A stretch of DNA of 42,250 nt from Perkinsus chesapeaki ATCC PRA-425 (lineage: Eukaryota; Protista; Perkinsozoa). The DNA lies in contig JAAPAO010000291.1 in assembly GCA_013115145.1 (NCBI GenBank), positions 1 through 42,250 on the forward strand, read 5' to 3'. Positions within the stretch are counted from its first letter, which is position 1; each line of letters opens with the position of its first letter. Positions 20,812 through 32,279 of this stretch are shown in pieces. Made by a program: the position numbers and the translations under genes. The notes beneath the pieces are model-generated. The model searched no databases. It was not told where the DNA came from and was given only the letters and a program-made list of their open reading frames with translations.

Positions 20812-23211
20812 ATGCCTGGTCAATACAGTCAATTCGTTCCTGGATTCGAGCTTCGCTCCGCTAACGATGAACATAGATTTTACAAATTCCATCAGCTCCT
20901 TGGTGAGGGGGCATTTGGACAGGTAAGTGCCCTGCTCGTCTGCGGGCTTGGTTAACACCTTAGGTTTGGAAATGTACGGACGCTTCGTCCGACACCGAAG
21001 TGGCCCTAAAGATCGTCGATTGCAATGCGGTTGGTAATGAGTCGCTGAAGGGGATCGAGAAGGAGATCGAACTAACCGGTAGGAGCTCAGTTGGCTTATC
21101 CCTGAACGCGGTGATGTCAGCTCGAGCACGAAGCGCTATGGGGAAGCTGTGTCCGAAGTTCTACGAGGCTTTCAGAGTCGATTTGCCAGACCCGCTGGTA
21201 CCTAGTGGAAGGTCCTTAGTAAAGTAAGATGATTTGCGGAAGTTACGGTATGATTTTCGAAGGTATCTTATAATGGTTATGGAATTCATCGACGGTGTCC
21301 CACTGGACAAACTGATCGAGTTCAATTTGCTCAACGAAACTGTTTGCGCGTAAGTGCCATGCGTTCTGCCTACGAACAGACTGATAAAGATATCTTTTAA
21401 GTCTCCGCACCGCGTAGAATTCTCGCACAGTGGCCTTGAGAGGTTTGTTACAGGTACATCGTCCGCAATATTCTCCTGGCCCTGAAGGAGCTCCATGATA
21501 GGCATATAATACACCGAGACATTAAAGCTGCTAATATAATGATTGGTTCGGACATACGGTTAGCAGTTGTGGACGGTTGTTTGGTCAGGGAAATCAGGTC
21601 GAGTGGTACTATGTGATTTTGGTGTATCTAGGCTATTGGAGAAGGAAGCTCAAGCGCTTACCTTTACTGGTAGGGCAACAACAGCAGCAGCATCACCTCA
21701 ACCTGTGCATTCTTATAACAAATTAATCCGGTATGTTTGACAGGAAGATCCGTCATTCAATTTGTGAAAATGATAGCAGACAAGGCGAGGTGCGCAGTTG
21801 GAAGCCTCTACAGGGGTTGTCCGAGCAGCACTTTGGGCTAGCAACGATCCGAATAAGCTTGGAGTCAGTTTACGGACTGTTAATCAGGTACGCCCTTCTG
21901 GATGGCCCCAGAGGTTATTATATCATATTCCCTCTCACAGAAGTCTGGTGGCAGCGGTCAGGTAGACAGGTGGCTTATCGGCCGCCCCACATAGGTTGAT
22001 CCAAGTCTACAGGTTCCCGCTGGAATGAGAGCTGGCTATGACTGCCGTGCGGATATATGGTCCTTGGGGGTCACCGCAGTAGAGGCTTGCCTGGGACACC
22101 CTCCCCACGCTGACAAGTTCGCTCGTGAGCTTAATGCTGCTGTTGGGTGACATGAGGTTTTGTTAAGGTATGCCTCATATGGTATATCTCACCATTGTTA
22201 AGGACCCACCGCCAACCATGGACATGTCAAAGTGATAAAGGAGGGATCATGGACGATGTTCGTGACGCTTAATTTGGTGAATGACTGGAGTCGCACATTT
22301 CGGAGTGAATGATTTTGAAGTCTCGTGAAGATTTTTTCTAATTACTGTCTGTTCTTTCTGACCTAGTGCGGAGGTAGATATGCGTATGATGGTAGATAGG
22401 AAATACGGTACTTCTAATGGTCAAAATGACAGAATGTGATATTTCCAGCTGAGGTGTGATAATATGAAGGTGTTCGGTATAGTTGGTTAGGTTCTCGGAC
22501 AGCTACAGGGACTTCCTGGACCACTGTTTTCAGAAGAGTCCGGAAAAGAGGGATACAGCTGAACAACTGTTGAAGTAAAGTTGGTGTGGTGGGTGATAAT
22601 ACTAATGGTGTTATCCATAGACATGAATGGATCACCGAACTTCGAGAGTATGAGAAAGATGTTGTCAAGGACAGACTCATTTCCAATCTTAAAACGTAGG
22701 AATTAGTCGCCCGGGAACTGTTGTGTGAGAGCTACTCAGAATTTATATTAGGCAGAGTGTGATGGAGCGGTCTATCCCTCGATGGATAACGTACTCTCCT
22801 CGATGCTCTATTGCTCTATTGCCGTGTTCTGGTGTGATGACGTAGTAACCAGTCGACCAGTAGCTGTTGTTGATTGCGTGAGAGGTCCCGAGCATTAATA
22901 CTTGATAGAGTGTAAAATGTTCTATTCCTCGCTAGACGACTTGTTCCTTCCGATGCATTCTAGTTCAACGAATTCTTGCTTTATTACCGTTGTTGGCTGC
23001 TCGCAGGAGATGGTGATTTTTCCGTAATATGAAGTTGTTCTGGGCTCTTACTTGAGGGTGCTAGTATTACTACCCCTGCTGGGGATCGAACCTGCGTCGT
23101 GGCATTAGGTATCTTGCATGGCAGAAGCTGCAAGAGTCAGGTGAAGGAGACAGCACAGACAGTAGTGAAGAGGAGCTGGTCCACAGGAAGAGCTTTGCTA
23201 CTTGGGGCTGA
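20812..23211 (+). CDS. STE20-family Ser/Thr protein kinase (multi-exon)
   Basis: Spliced motifs: LGEGAFGQ-VWK, VALKIVD, MVMEFIDG, HRDIKAANI, LCDFGVS, GTPF(W)MAPE-like, YDCRADIWSLGVTAVEACLGHPP, RDFLDHCFQKSPEKRDTAEQLL. The acidic tail ending in TGA at 23209-23211 is tentative. Confidence 0.88.
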
Positions 23212-23903
23212 TATCGTATGAAGTCTTTCTTAATTAATGCCTTTGCTGCCTTCCCCCAGCTTAACTGGGCAATTCTAACTGCATGATTTGTGAAGTTAAT
23301 CAATGATAATCGATTCAATCGTTTGAAGACGGCATTCCTCTTGAGTTTGCAGAAGTCTTCGAAAGCTCATCTTGCCGTAAGTACTTGGATAGTATGGCAG
23401 ATTTGAACTGGAGGCTTGTACTAGTGTCGTGCCTGACCACAGTGATCACATGCCTCATGGTCATACAGATAGGGTAGGATAGGATACAGATCAGCTGGAG
23501 AGCAGACAATTATCAGAATTGGATCTGTCGGGTTTGTTGCCATACACCCGTTAAGAGGGCGAATTAGCGGCTTAATTGACGCTGGAAGGGCAGCACAGTA
23601 GTCGAATGAGTCACATTTAATTGGGTATTGCACTTGCTAGTAGGAATAACGGGATGGAAGAAGGAGTTCGAGGGGAGCAAAATATGAGGGGCAATGGTAG
23701 AGGTAACTCGGACACTCTGGAGCTGCGAGGGGTAGAGTAGGTCAACGCATAGGTGGTGGTGATGAAGCGAGTAGGCAGAAGGCGGGCACACTGAACGTGA
23801 TGTACATTAATAAAACCATCTTTATTGGGATTAGAGGAAAGTTAACAGATACGCATGTGACAGGGGGCAAGAGGAAGCTGTTAAGGCTAGTGTTGCCAGT
23901 CTA

Positions 23904-25086
23904 ATGGCGAACACCGCTGAGGCCTCCTCGAGACTGCATGTTGGATTTAACTGTATACTCAACTTCATGACTCTATAAGGTTCATTTGCTTGTGGGCAGC
24001 GATGAGGATCGTCGGCACTATAAACGGGCGATGGGGGGCATGTCCGATGGGGCAGAGATGGCGTCGGTTATGTTGGATGGAAGTAGGGCCACTCTTTGCA
24101 TTCAAACATGATATGGCCTCCTCAGAGGTTCGCCTTAGTCTGCATCTTGTACATAAGCAGGTGATGGCCGTCTCCAACGTCGAGGAGAATATCTTGAAAG
24201 TGCTCGGCTCACACACATTCTGCAGGGTGATCACTACTGAATCAGGAGCGTGGTAACATCAATACCATTGAGAACTACGCTCGCTTCTACTTGGACGCCA
24301 TACTGCACAGCGAATCGGTGGTGATCTACTTGGATGCAGACACTATCATCCACGGTGATGTGACGGAGGTACATCTCGGCGGTTGAAGATTTCCGAAGAG
24401 TGAAGGCTCAGATAGCCTCGGCGTTGGCAGGCTCTGAAGGCCCAGCAGTGGCGCTAGCAAAACGCAATGAGCCCACGGCGCTCGAAGCGTTTATTGACTT
24501 TGACACCAAATGTGAAAGCGGCAATCCCCAATGGGAAGTTTCACCTCGCATCAGGCACCTCGGAGGAGGTCCGTAAAACTGTCCAAGGGCTTCGGGCCAA
24601 ACCGGCCTATAACGTGGGGGTTATGGGGATCCATCTGGGACGATGGAAAAGCCTGCGAGTAATGACTGATGAAGTACTTGCCTTTGCACCGATGCTATCA
24701 GATAAGGGAAAGTGTCGAAAGGTGGATTAAAGAACATAACAAATGTCGGTTGTGGAAGGGCGGCTCGCAGCCGCCGCTCCTCATGGCGCTTTACACTTTA
24801 CAAAGCACCACAGTAGAGGCGTGAGTCATAGCGCCTTAGCCCAGTATGAACATGTCAGGGTGGAGCAATCGTGGCCGAGCTTCCTGCCGAGTGGAACTTT
24901 GCCGATCTCGGATGGAGTAGGACGCGATGCTAAGAGTAATTACGCCCGTATCCAGGAAAGGATTATTCGTTATCAACGTTGAGAGAGCAAAAGATACTCC
25001 ACTGGAATGGCCCCAGGAAACCATGGCTGCAGAATGGTCTTTACGTGGAGGCCTGGTTGAGGTGGAGGAAGACGTTTGACGACTTG
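23904..25086 (+). CDS. Glycosyltransferase family 8 domain (GATL/GLT8D-like, multi-exon); no stop codon follows it
   Basis: NYARFYL...VIYLDADTI (DxD), YNVGVMGIHLGRW, WKGGSQPPLL, ELPAEWN..LG and ILHWNGPRKPW are all GT8 hallmarks. The start is uncertain. Confidence 0.85.
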
Positions 25087-25127
25087 GTGATATACGCCCC
25101 AGATTCGACTCGACCGATAGACTGTGT

Positions 25128-25199
25128 GGCTGTGTGGTCTAGTGGTATGATTCGCGCTTCGGGTGCGCGAGGTCCCGGGTTCGATTCTCGGCTCAGCCC
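25128..25199 (+). tRNA. tRNA-Pro(CGG)
   Basis: GGCTGTGTGGTCTAGTGGTATGATTCGCGCTTCGGGTGCGCGAGGTCCCGGGTTCGATTCTCGGCTCAGCCC. This is a typical eukaryotic Pro cloverleaf with one T.T mismatch in the acceptor stem and a TTTT terminator at 25214-25217. Confidence 0.92.
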
Positions 25200-25227
25200 T
25201 TGTTACTTGTTCATTTTAACAACGCAG

Positions 25228-26802
25228 TTACCATCACTGAGTGCTTCTGCAAAGCACGGAAACACGGCGAGCCCAAAAGAACAATACGTGAACGTTAGTG
25301 CCGCCTGCCAAGTCTCGCTGCTCGAACAGAATTCCCGAGCGGCATGTAGGAGCACACCCAAGTTGTTGCAGAACGCGTAAATTACAGGCACTCCCGGTGA
25401 ATCCTTTGGATGCTACTCTCCTGGGGAACTGTGGGTGGACCGCGGCTGCAAGGGCGAATTCGCTGTCTATCGTGAGTACTCTCCGCACTGTCCAGGGCGG
25501 GCTCAGAGATGCGCCAGGTGCACCGGCGACGAGCAGCGCCGAGAAGGCCATGCTAGTGGAGACCTTGTTATGCAAATCTCATTCTAACACCTTGAACGTT
25601 TGTGATGTGATACCAGGAGCATCGGAGGGTGAGCGAGTTAGTTGATATGGAGGGAGCTTGAAGACATCAGATCAGCAGCCCTGTGAGACACGCATACTGA
25701 CGACGTACTTTACTCAGCAGAAATCTGACTGGCAACGAGAAGGAGCGAAAACGAAAGTGAAATATAAGTAGAGGCCTAGTTGGGGGTGATTGTCGAGCTC
25801 GGCTTCACAGATACATGAGGAAGTTCTACGAGTCCGTGCGGAAGGTTGAGGGCGTTTGGGCAGAAATCATCCACGACGGGTTGCCTGGCGATTTCATAGC
25901 AAACTACACAACTAAAAAAATAAGCTTCGTGTTGGTGCCTCTCCCGTCGTTTTCAGCACCTATTTGACACTGTCAGATATTGTAATCTGCACAACTACGA
26001 GAAGCGACTTGGTGTTAATGATGTAAGTACTTCTAGATCGTAATAGTCACTGGTACTGCTTTCAGGTGCGATATCACTGCTTTAAGGAGCGCCTGCTAGC
26101 CCATCCAGAGTGGGAGTTTGCCTTCACCACAGATCTTACAGATGTGTTCGTAAAGAGCAACCCATGCCCTTATGTGCGCTGCTATTTTCGAGACCTTTTC
26201 TATTACTGCAATTCAGGCGCGGAAACACCGTGACAGAATATTCGTTGGACGCGAGACTGTGGAGCTACCTCATCATCCGTGGATGGAGAAGCGCTTCCAA
26301 GAAGTGGGCCCTCCGAGAGCGAGAGCTGGATTGTGGTTGGCAGTTGAGTGGCAAATACTATACGTGGTTCCAGTCTCTGAGTTCCTCTGGCCCCGAAGAT
26401 AAGCGCATCTTCAATTGTGGTATCCTAGGAGGTTGGGCACTCTGACCGTCGAGGAGGTGACAGCTGGTTTCAGGCACACCTCGTCTGCTGCTCCGTCTCT
26501 TCGACCGGATGCTCGAAGTCATCGAAGACCCCGAACTCAGGATAAGGAAGGAGAGCCCAGACGTCGAGGTAGGGCCCTAAAGCTCCCAGAGCAGTGTGTT
26601 GTCTATGTTAGATCAATGTCAATATGGCGGCACTGAATTGGGTGTTATTTAACTCCTATGAACCAGACACCATCCAGAGTGACCAGCCCGTGCATAGCCG
26701 GTAGGCCGACTCCACTGAAGGGATTTTCCTGCATAGTCTTGCTAATCCAGATACAAGTCTTGGGAGTCAGATCGTTCCGATGTGTGGTTTGTACATAAAT
26801 AG
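25228..26802 (+). CDS. Lectin-like (DUF3011-type) module plus second GT-A-like domain; probably the 3' part of the GT8 gene
   Basis: Splicing 25345/25388 gives VSLLEQNSRAACTPGESFGCYSPGELWVDRGCKGEF. Later exons give ILTTYFT...DWQR, YMRKFYESV...IIHDGL, FTTDLTDVFVKSNP, RIFVGRE, IFNCGILGG, NMAALN and DRSDVWFVHK* (TAG at 26800-26802). Confidence 0.75.
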
Positions 26803-26931
26803 CATGTTATCTTATTGACAAAACCTAACTTCGCTGTTTCGACATGTACTTGAACATTTCAATTCATACGAGGTTCTGCGTGAAGTCAATTTCCAACGAT
26901 ACTGAACCATCAGGTTTCGGTCATCCCATCA

Positions 26932-29900
26932 ATGGACCATTACAGCCACAACTGTCGTAACTGTGGCCACACGCTTATACGGAATTCGCGCCAGAATGCT
27001 TGCATGCTTTGCTTCTCCCGCGAATGCAGCCACGGTAACGTATCGGTGGGCTCGCTTGGTAGTCTCGTAGTCACCGGCGAGGCCATTCTCGGCTCCCTCA
27101 AAAGCGGCCAGGCTACCGAAGAGATTCTTCGAAACCTCTTGGACGCCGCTAACAAGTTTAATAACCATAACCTTGCTCACTCTGCTGATCACGATGAGGG
27201 AAGACTAAAGATAATCAAGCGCAAGTTAGGCAAGCTCATCGACATTCTCATCGGAATCACCAGCACAGTTTTGTCGGAGCTTTCTGCAGAGGACTGCGAG
27301 ATGCTCCTACGAGAGTATATCACTGAAGGCCCAGTTCTTCGTCGCTTGGTATTGGAGCTGGCCGATCGATGGAGCTCAGAGGCTTCCGCTTTAGTACCGT
27401 GGCTTAGGAGACTCACTTGCCCATCAAGCCCTTTACTGATAGAATGCCTCAGTGGGCAAGTCGACGAGCACACGTTGGAGCTTCTTCAGGTCGCTATGGA
27501 TGTCAGTTGTGGTGAGCAACCGATCAAAGACTATCTCTGGTTTATAGACTTCGACCTCGGTTTCCGCATCGTGGAAGCCTTACCGTTGAACACTAACTCA
27601 CGACTCGCACTAAGACTACTCGCCCGTCTCTCGAGGGAAGATACTACTCTTCAGCGGCTATTACGCAAGTCTGGCGACACTGAAATTGCCCCACCGTTCG
27701 AGATTGACAGTTTTCGATCGGCTCTCAGCACTGGGCTTACGGGAATCCTGTCCGATCCACCTGCTAGTAAAGAATGCCTCCTCGATGCCCTCGAATGTGC
27801 CGTTACATTCCTCTGTCCTGAAGATGAAGTCGGAGAATACAGGGGCCATCACAGGCCATGCGAATGGGCAGTGGAACTACTATCAACGTCTGTTGATGCT
27901 GAAGTGGTCACCGCAGCAAGCTCTACCGTGCTGGCCTTCCTGCGAGCTGACCCCAGTCTGGCTGTCCTCGTTGGGGATTGTGTTGGTCCAGCAGCCTTAG
28001 GAGGTTTGTTCAAGATTATACAGGCTGGTGAAATGGCCAGAGCTGTGGACGATACAATCGAAGTTATCGAACTGACGTGCAACGGACAACAGAAAACCGT
28101 GCCTGGTGTGGTTCGAGCAGCCTCCGCTCTCGCCAAAGTCGGAAGCCTCGCTGGGAGCCACAAGCTATTGAAATTGGCGACCGATGTGAGCAGGTACGTC
28201 ACCGATGAGCAAGTTGCTTCTGAGCTCCTGGAAGGTGTGGCAGATGCGCTACGTGCCGGTATTGACATGAGCCTTATCATCCCTTGCATTGAAGTGGCTG
28301 TTCACCATCACCTCCCGCTAGACGAGGGGAGGAGGACAAAACTGCTCAGCGACTTTCTGAAGTCAGCGGCGCACAGTCGATCAGTTGCCGGGGCGATCAA
28401 GTCCATCGTACCTCTTGCCGTCGAGCCGGAGAACACCAGGGACTCCTCTGGCATTCGAGAGTTGTTTATCGCCAGTCCAGACTTACGCCTAGGTATCCTC
28501 GGTGTTAGGGGCTCCGATAAGATCTTCAGGCTGGCTCTGGCGGGCTCGTTGCCCAGGGGTGTGCTCCACAGCATTACCTTCGACGAGATGCCCTCATTTC
28601 CGATTGCGGTCCACTACGGATTAGCTCTCACCATGTCGCCCCAGCTCTCACATGGCGCCGCCTTGGGGCTTCTCGCCTGGCTCTTCTTTGAGGTGTTCGA
28701 GTGTGGCAGCGACCATGATGGACTCAGCGAGGTATCTGGCAGTCTCCACTCTTTAGAGATCGACTTCGATTTGTCTCTTTTGCTGGCCAGCCTATACGCC
28801 ACTCTGGGCTGTAGACATCAACACCGGCACCTTCTCGATCGACTCTCCCGAGAGGCTCAACGGTGGAGAGCACAGGACTGCAGTTTGCATTCTGAAAGGG
28901 TTCTGACGACGATAGCTTTGTTTCTGGGTGATTGTATAGCAGCTGAGGAAGCAGCAGCAAGCCGGTCTATTATCACTGTGCTCCTGGTCATGGTTGACCA
29001 AAGGCCAGGGCTGGCCCTAGTAGATTCTTTAGTGGAAATCAGCTCCAAGGCTTTCATTCATGCTCTGGACTCGACTCACAGTGATCCTCTTCTCTTCAAG
29101 GAGTTACGGATGTTCCTGGGTATGATGCCGAGATTGTCCATCAGTTTGCCTATCCATGGTCCGTATCTTATCCGAAGCCTCACAGCCATCACTCCAGCCG
29201 CCCTCCCAATCAATGTTGAAGTTTGTAGTGACCTCCTCCACCTTCTCAGCAGCTGCCTCTCGAGCACCTCGCCAGACGCTGCTGCTGAACCACAAACCCG
29301 CGCTGTCGTCGCCATGCTTCGGTCATGTATCCATGACCTTGCCAGGAGTCTGAGTTCTATTGGAGATACTTTGGAGGATTCCCTTGGTCATCTTATACTT
29401 AAAGTGTCAACCCAAGCTCGAGTCCTGTGTAATTTTGGTGCTGATCCCTACGTCACATTACTGGCTGAGCAGACTAGCTCAGGGCTTGCTGGGTCATCTT
29501 ATCTTTTGGCAACGTCCGCCCTACCCGAGTCTTATTTATCTTTGCTGCCTCCGACCATGGCCACGCAGCGAGCCCATTGGTTCCTACACTGGGCTCAGCT
29601 GCTTCTGGCTGCCAACTCTGTACGTAAGCTCCATCAAAGAGTGCTCCAATCTCTACTCTTGTGTGTTTGCGAATCCATCATCATCGCGGTGTCGCAAGAG
29701 CCCCGCCCCGCCGATGTACTGTCTGCCGCTACTTCGCTTTGGGTTGTCCTCCGGGCCCTATCGAAGCATTCTTTGGACTCCCTCGCTCAGGAGCCTACTA
29801 TCAATGCAATTGCTTCTCTCGGGGATTGCTCATCAATTCCTATTCTGTCTATAATTCACTCAGTAGTAGTCAGTCCACCATTCTGGCTCGACCGAGCACA

Positions 29901-30162
29901 AGTAATCAATCGACTAGTGCAACCCCTCATCGTCGAGGCATCTGACGGTGTCCAAACTATGCCGCTCGCTCGCCGGATCTTGCGGGAGCTGGTTAAGCTG
30001 GAGCTGTTGCCTGTTGGTGCTGTGCCTGTTGTTATGCGACTTCTTGCCAAGACCGATACGCCAAAATCGCGGGTTGTGGTGAAATTCGAAGACGATTGGG
30101 TGTCCACATGCTGCGCTGTCTTTGCTGATGAGATTTGTCTCGCTCTCATTGAGGGCTGTTGA
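26932..30162 (+). CDS. Intronless 1076-aa leucine-rich ARM/HEAT-like protein; possible PRD1/MEI1 homolog
   Basis: Long ORF with an N-terminal CxxCGH...CxxCFS motif and helical repeats. The CDS is well supported; the family call is from recalled motifs only. Confidence 0.8.
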   Translation: MDHYSHNCRNCGHTLIRNSRQNACMLCFSRECSHGNVSVGSLGSLVVTGEAILGSLKSGQATEEILRNLLDAANKFNNHNLAHSADHDEGRLKIIKRKLGKLIDILIGITSTVLSELSAEDCEMLLREYITEGPVLRRLVLELADRWSSEASALVPWLRRLTCPSSPLLIECLSGQVDEHTLELLQVAMDVSCGEQPIKDYLWFIDFDLGFRIVEALPLNTNSRLALRLLARLSREDTTLQRLLRKSGDTEIAPPFEIDSFRSALSTGLTGILSDPPASKECLLDALECAVTFLCPEDEVGEYRGHHRPCEWAVELLSTSVDAEVVTAASSTVLAFLRADPSLAVLVGDCVGPAALGGLFKIIQAGEMARAVDDTIEVIELTCNGQQKTVPGVVRAASALAKVGSLAGSHKLLKLATDVSRYVTDEQVASELLEGVADALRAGIDMSLIIPCIEVAVHHHLPLDEGRRTKLLSDFLKSAAHSRSVAGAIKSIVPLAVEPENTRDSSGIRELFIASPDLRLGILGVRGSDKIFRLALAGSLPRGVLHSITFDEMPSFPIAVHYGLALTMSPQLSHGAALGLLAWLFFEVFECGSDHDGLSEVSGSLHSLEIDFDLSLLLASLYATLGCRHQHRHLLDRLSREAQRWRAQDCSLHSERVLTTIALFLGDCIAAEEAAASRSIITVLLVMVDQRPGLALVDSLVEISSKAFIHALDSTHSDPLLFKELRMFLGMMPRLSISLPIHGPYLIRSLTAITPAALPINVEVCSDLLHLLSSCLSSTSPDAAAEPQTRAVVAMLRSCIHDLARSLSSIGDTLEDSLGHLILKVSTQARVLCNFGADPYVTLLAEQTSSGLAGSSYLLATSALPESYLSLLPPTMATQRAHWFLHWAQLLLAANSVRKLHQRVLQSLLLCVCESIIIAVSQEPRPADVLSAATSLWVVLRALSKHSLDSLAQEPTINAIASLGDCSSIPILSIIHSVVVSPPFWLDRAQVINRLVQPLIVEASDGVQTMPLARRILRELVKLELLPVGAVPVVMRLLAKTDTPKSRVVVKFEDDWVSTCCAVFADEICLALIEGC

Positions 30163-30222
30163 TGCCCGAGTGCGACTCGCGTTTACTAAGTGAAACCCGA
30201 CAGCTTAAATATAGACGAAACG

Positions 30223-31634
30223 TTAATTGGACGATTTCAAGAAGGAGCACTCGGAATCGAAAGAGTCTTCCCAGGGATCTTCAAGGGGCGGCGGAGGCTT
30301 TGGATCGCTGTTGTCCCTGGAACCACAATGTCTGGCTCGATCGAACGAGATAGACTCACAAGTAGTCTGCCAGGGCATCGCCGATAGCCTCATCGCAACC
30401 CTTGAAGAAGCCGCTGTGAAGCACTTCCTCAGCATGGGAGATCCTCCGCCGCGGGTCGTAGCGGAAGCATCGCGCTAATATCGGTAGGGCATCGGTGGGC
30501 AGCCGAGGGACCTACAAGACTAGCAGTGGGATACCGGTCACGGCGAAATGCCATACGTCAGCCACGAGCCTGTCAGACCAATGTTTATCGCTTTCGATGG
30601 CTTCCTTTGTAAAGGGTATCTTGCCGTAGTCGGGTAACAAAGTCGCAGATGGCCAGTAGCGGAGGCTGTCATCCCGCAGGAGGTCACCATGCGCGTGGGG
30701 AGCACTCTCCTGGTCTTTGGGTATCACCGAGGGGGCCCCACCGAAACGCTTGTAGAGAAGGAACAGCTGCTGGATGTCGGTGAGGCCTGGACTGGTTAAC
30801 GAAGGGGAGTAAGAGCAGGCAAGGCTACCGGAGAGGAGGGGTTCACCGAGATACATTTCACATAGGACGCACGCAACTGCCCAGATGTCACAACTGGTCG
30901 TCTGAACCTCTGTGCCCAACAAGATCTCAGGAGACTGGTACCTGATGCAAGATAAAGTGAGGGGAGGAAGCGTGGACAACCGACCATCGGGTGGCCACTT
31001 CACGGGTAATTGGTGGGATGCATTCCTTGCTCTCTCCGGACGCTCTCGCCAAGCCGAAGTCGCATATAGCGACCCGGCCCTCTCTGCAGTGAATGCACTC
31101 ACTCACACAACTGAGAGAAGGTTTACCTGGAGATCAGGACATTGCCGGGCTTCATGTCACGATGCATGATGCCAGCCTCGTGGACGCATGCGAGACCAGT
31201 GACGAGCTCTCTCACAATCTTCTTGATCAGCGAGCAAGGCAGCGGTGGGTTCCCTGATGGGCACCTCTGGTTGTGATGAAGTATCGCCGTACTTCCTATA
31301 ATGCTGTCTAGGTCCATATCAAAGAGCTTTAGTTGAAGGACAAGACAGTGGCCTTCAAATCGATGCCCGAGGAGATCCACGATATTATGGTGCGGACACA
31401 GTAGCTTCAACGTAAAGAGCTCTCTTAGAGCCCCCTTCAAGGACTGTATCCCAACACCTGACCAACAGCCATTTGCCAATGGCAAAGACTGCCAATACCC
31501 GAGGTGCTTGTGTGTATCTTTTTCTCGGCCACGTAGCCTCCCAAACGGACCTCTTCGACTTTCAAAACAGTCGAAAACCTTCCGGCTCCGATCCTAACTA
31601 TCGGCTTGTGACCAGTACCAACCTCAATTGCCAT
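30223..31634 (-). CDS. CDK-like (CMGC) protein kinase, non-PSTAIRE (multi-exon)
   Basis: IGAGRFSTV, VAEKKI, GALRELFTL, HRDMKPGNVL, ICDFGLAR, ITREVATRW-YQSPEILLG, CDIWAVACVLCEM and CFRYDPRRRI. The last exon ends in TAA at 30223. Confidence 0.88.
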
Positions 31635-31715
31635 TCCCCAGGGAACCCTTCAAACTTCATCCACCAACTCGATTAACTCAACTCATGAGGTATTCACCAA
31701 CAGTCACCATGGGGA

Positions 31716-32279
31716 TCACTCGTTGTTAATCAAACGCTCCAGCATGGCCTTCCTCTCCATCTCGAGGCTCTCCATACTCCTCCTAAGCGTCCCTAGTTCA
31801 GCCCCTCACCACCAACCGTACCGTAATGCCTCTACTCGCGCTAGTTCCTTCCTTTTATCCGCAAGAACCGTCTGAAGCTGCGCCACACTAAAAGCCACCA
31901 TCTCCCCGCCATCGGCAAGAATCCTCTACCTTCTCTCTCTCCCTTCGTCTTGTTCTAATGCCGTCAAATTGCGAACTCCAATCACCTTCAATCTAAAGCA
32001 CCACCTTACTCCTCGACGTCCAACAACCCCACCTAGCATCATCAATATGCTCCGCCTGCCCAGCCAACTCTGCCACTGCCGCTGCAATCACCTCATTTAG
32101 GCGTGTGGATTCTGTAACGAGATTGTGGCCTCGTAGTAGACAATACTGCATATACTTGTTGTGAACTCCAGAGATGTATCTCGTAGCTCTGCACTGTGAA
32201 TGTAAGCTTCCTCTTTAAGGACCCTCAATCGATTTCTTGAGTCGAATGTAACAGCGACATCACCTCCGTCATCAAACAT
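31716..32279 (-). CDS. IFT20: Intraflagellar transport protein 20
   Basis: Spliced product MFDDGGDVAVTFDSRNRLRVL...ELAGQAEHIDDARLKVIGVRN...QLQTVLADKRKELARVE...LINNE* matches the recalled IFT20 pattern (FDxxNKLRVL, K.IG.RN, C-terminal coiled coil). Confidence 0.85.

Noticed and set aside
23296-23810. Possible small minus-strand gene between the kinase and GT8
   Set aside because: There are open segments and a signal-like start, but I could not build a phase-consistent exon chain or recognise any motif.
27189-30149. Multiple minus-strand ORFs overlapping the 1076-aa gene
   Set aside because: They are shadow ORFs with no motifs, explained by the long plus-strand CDS.
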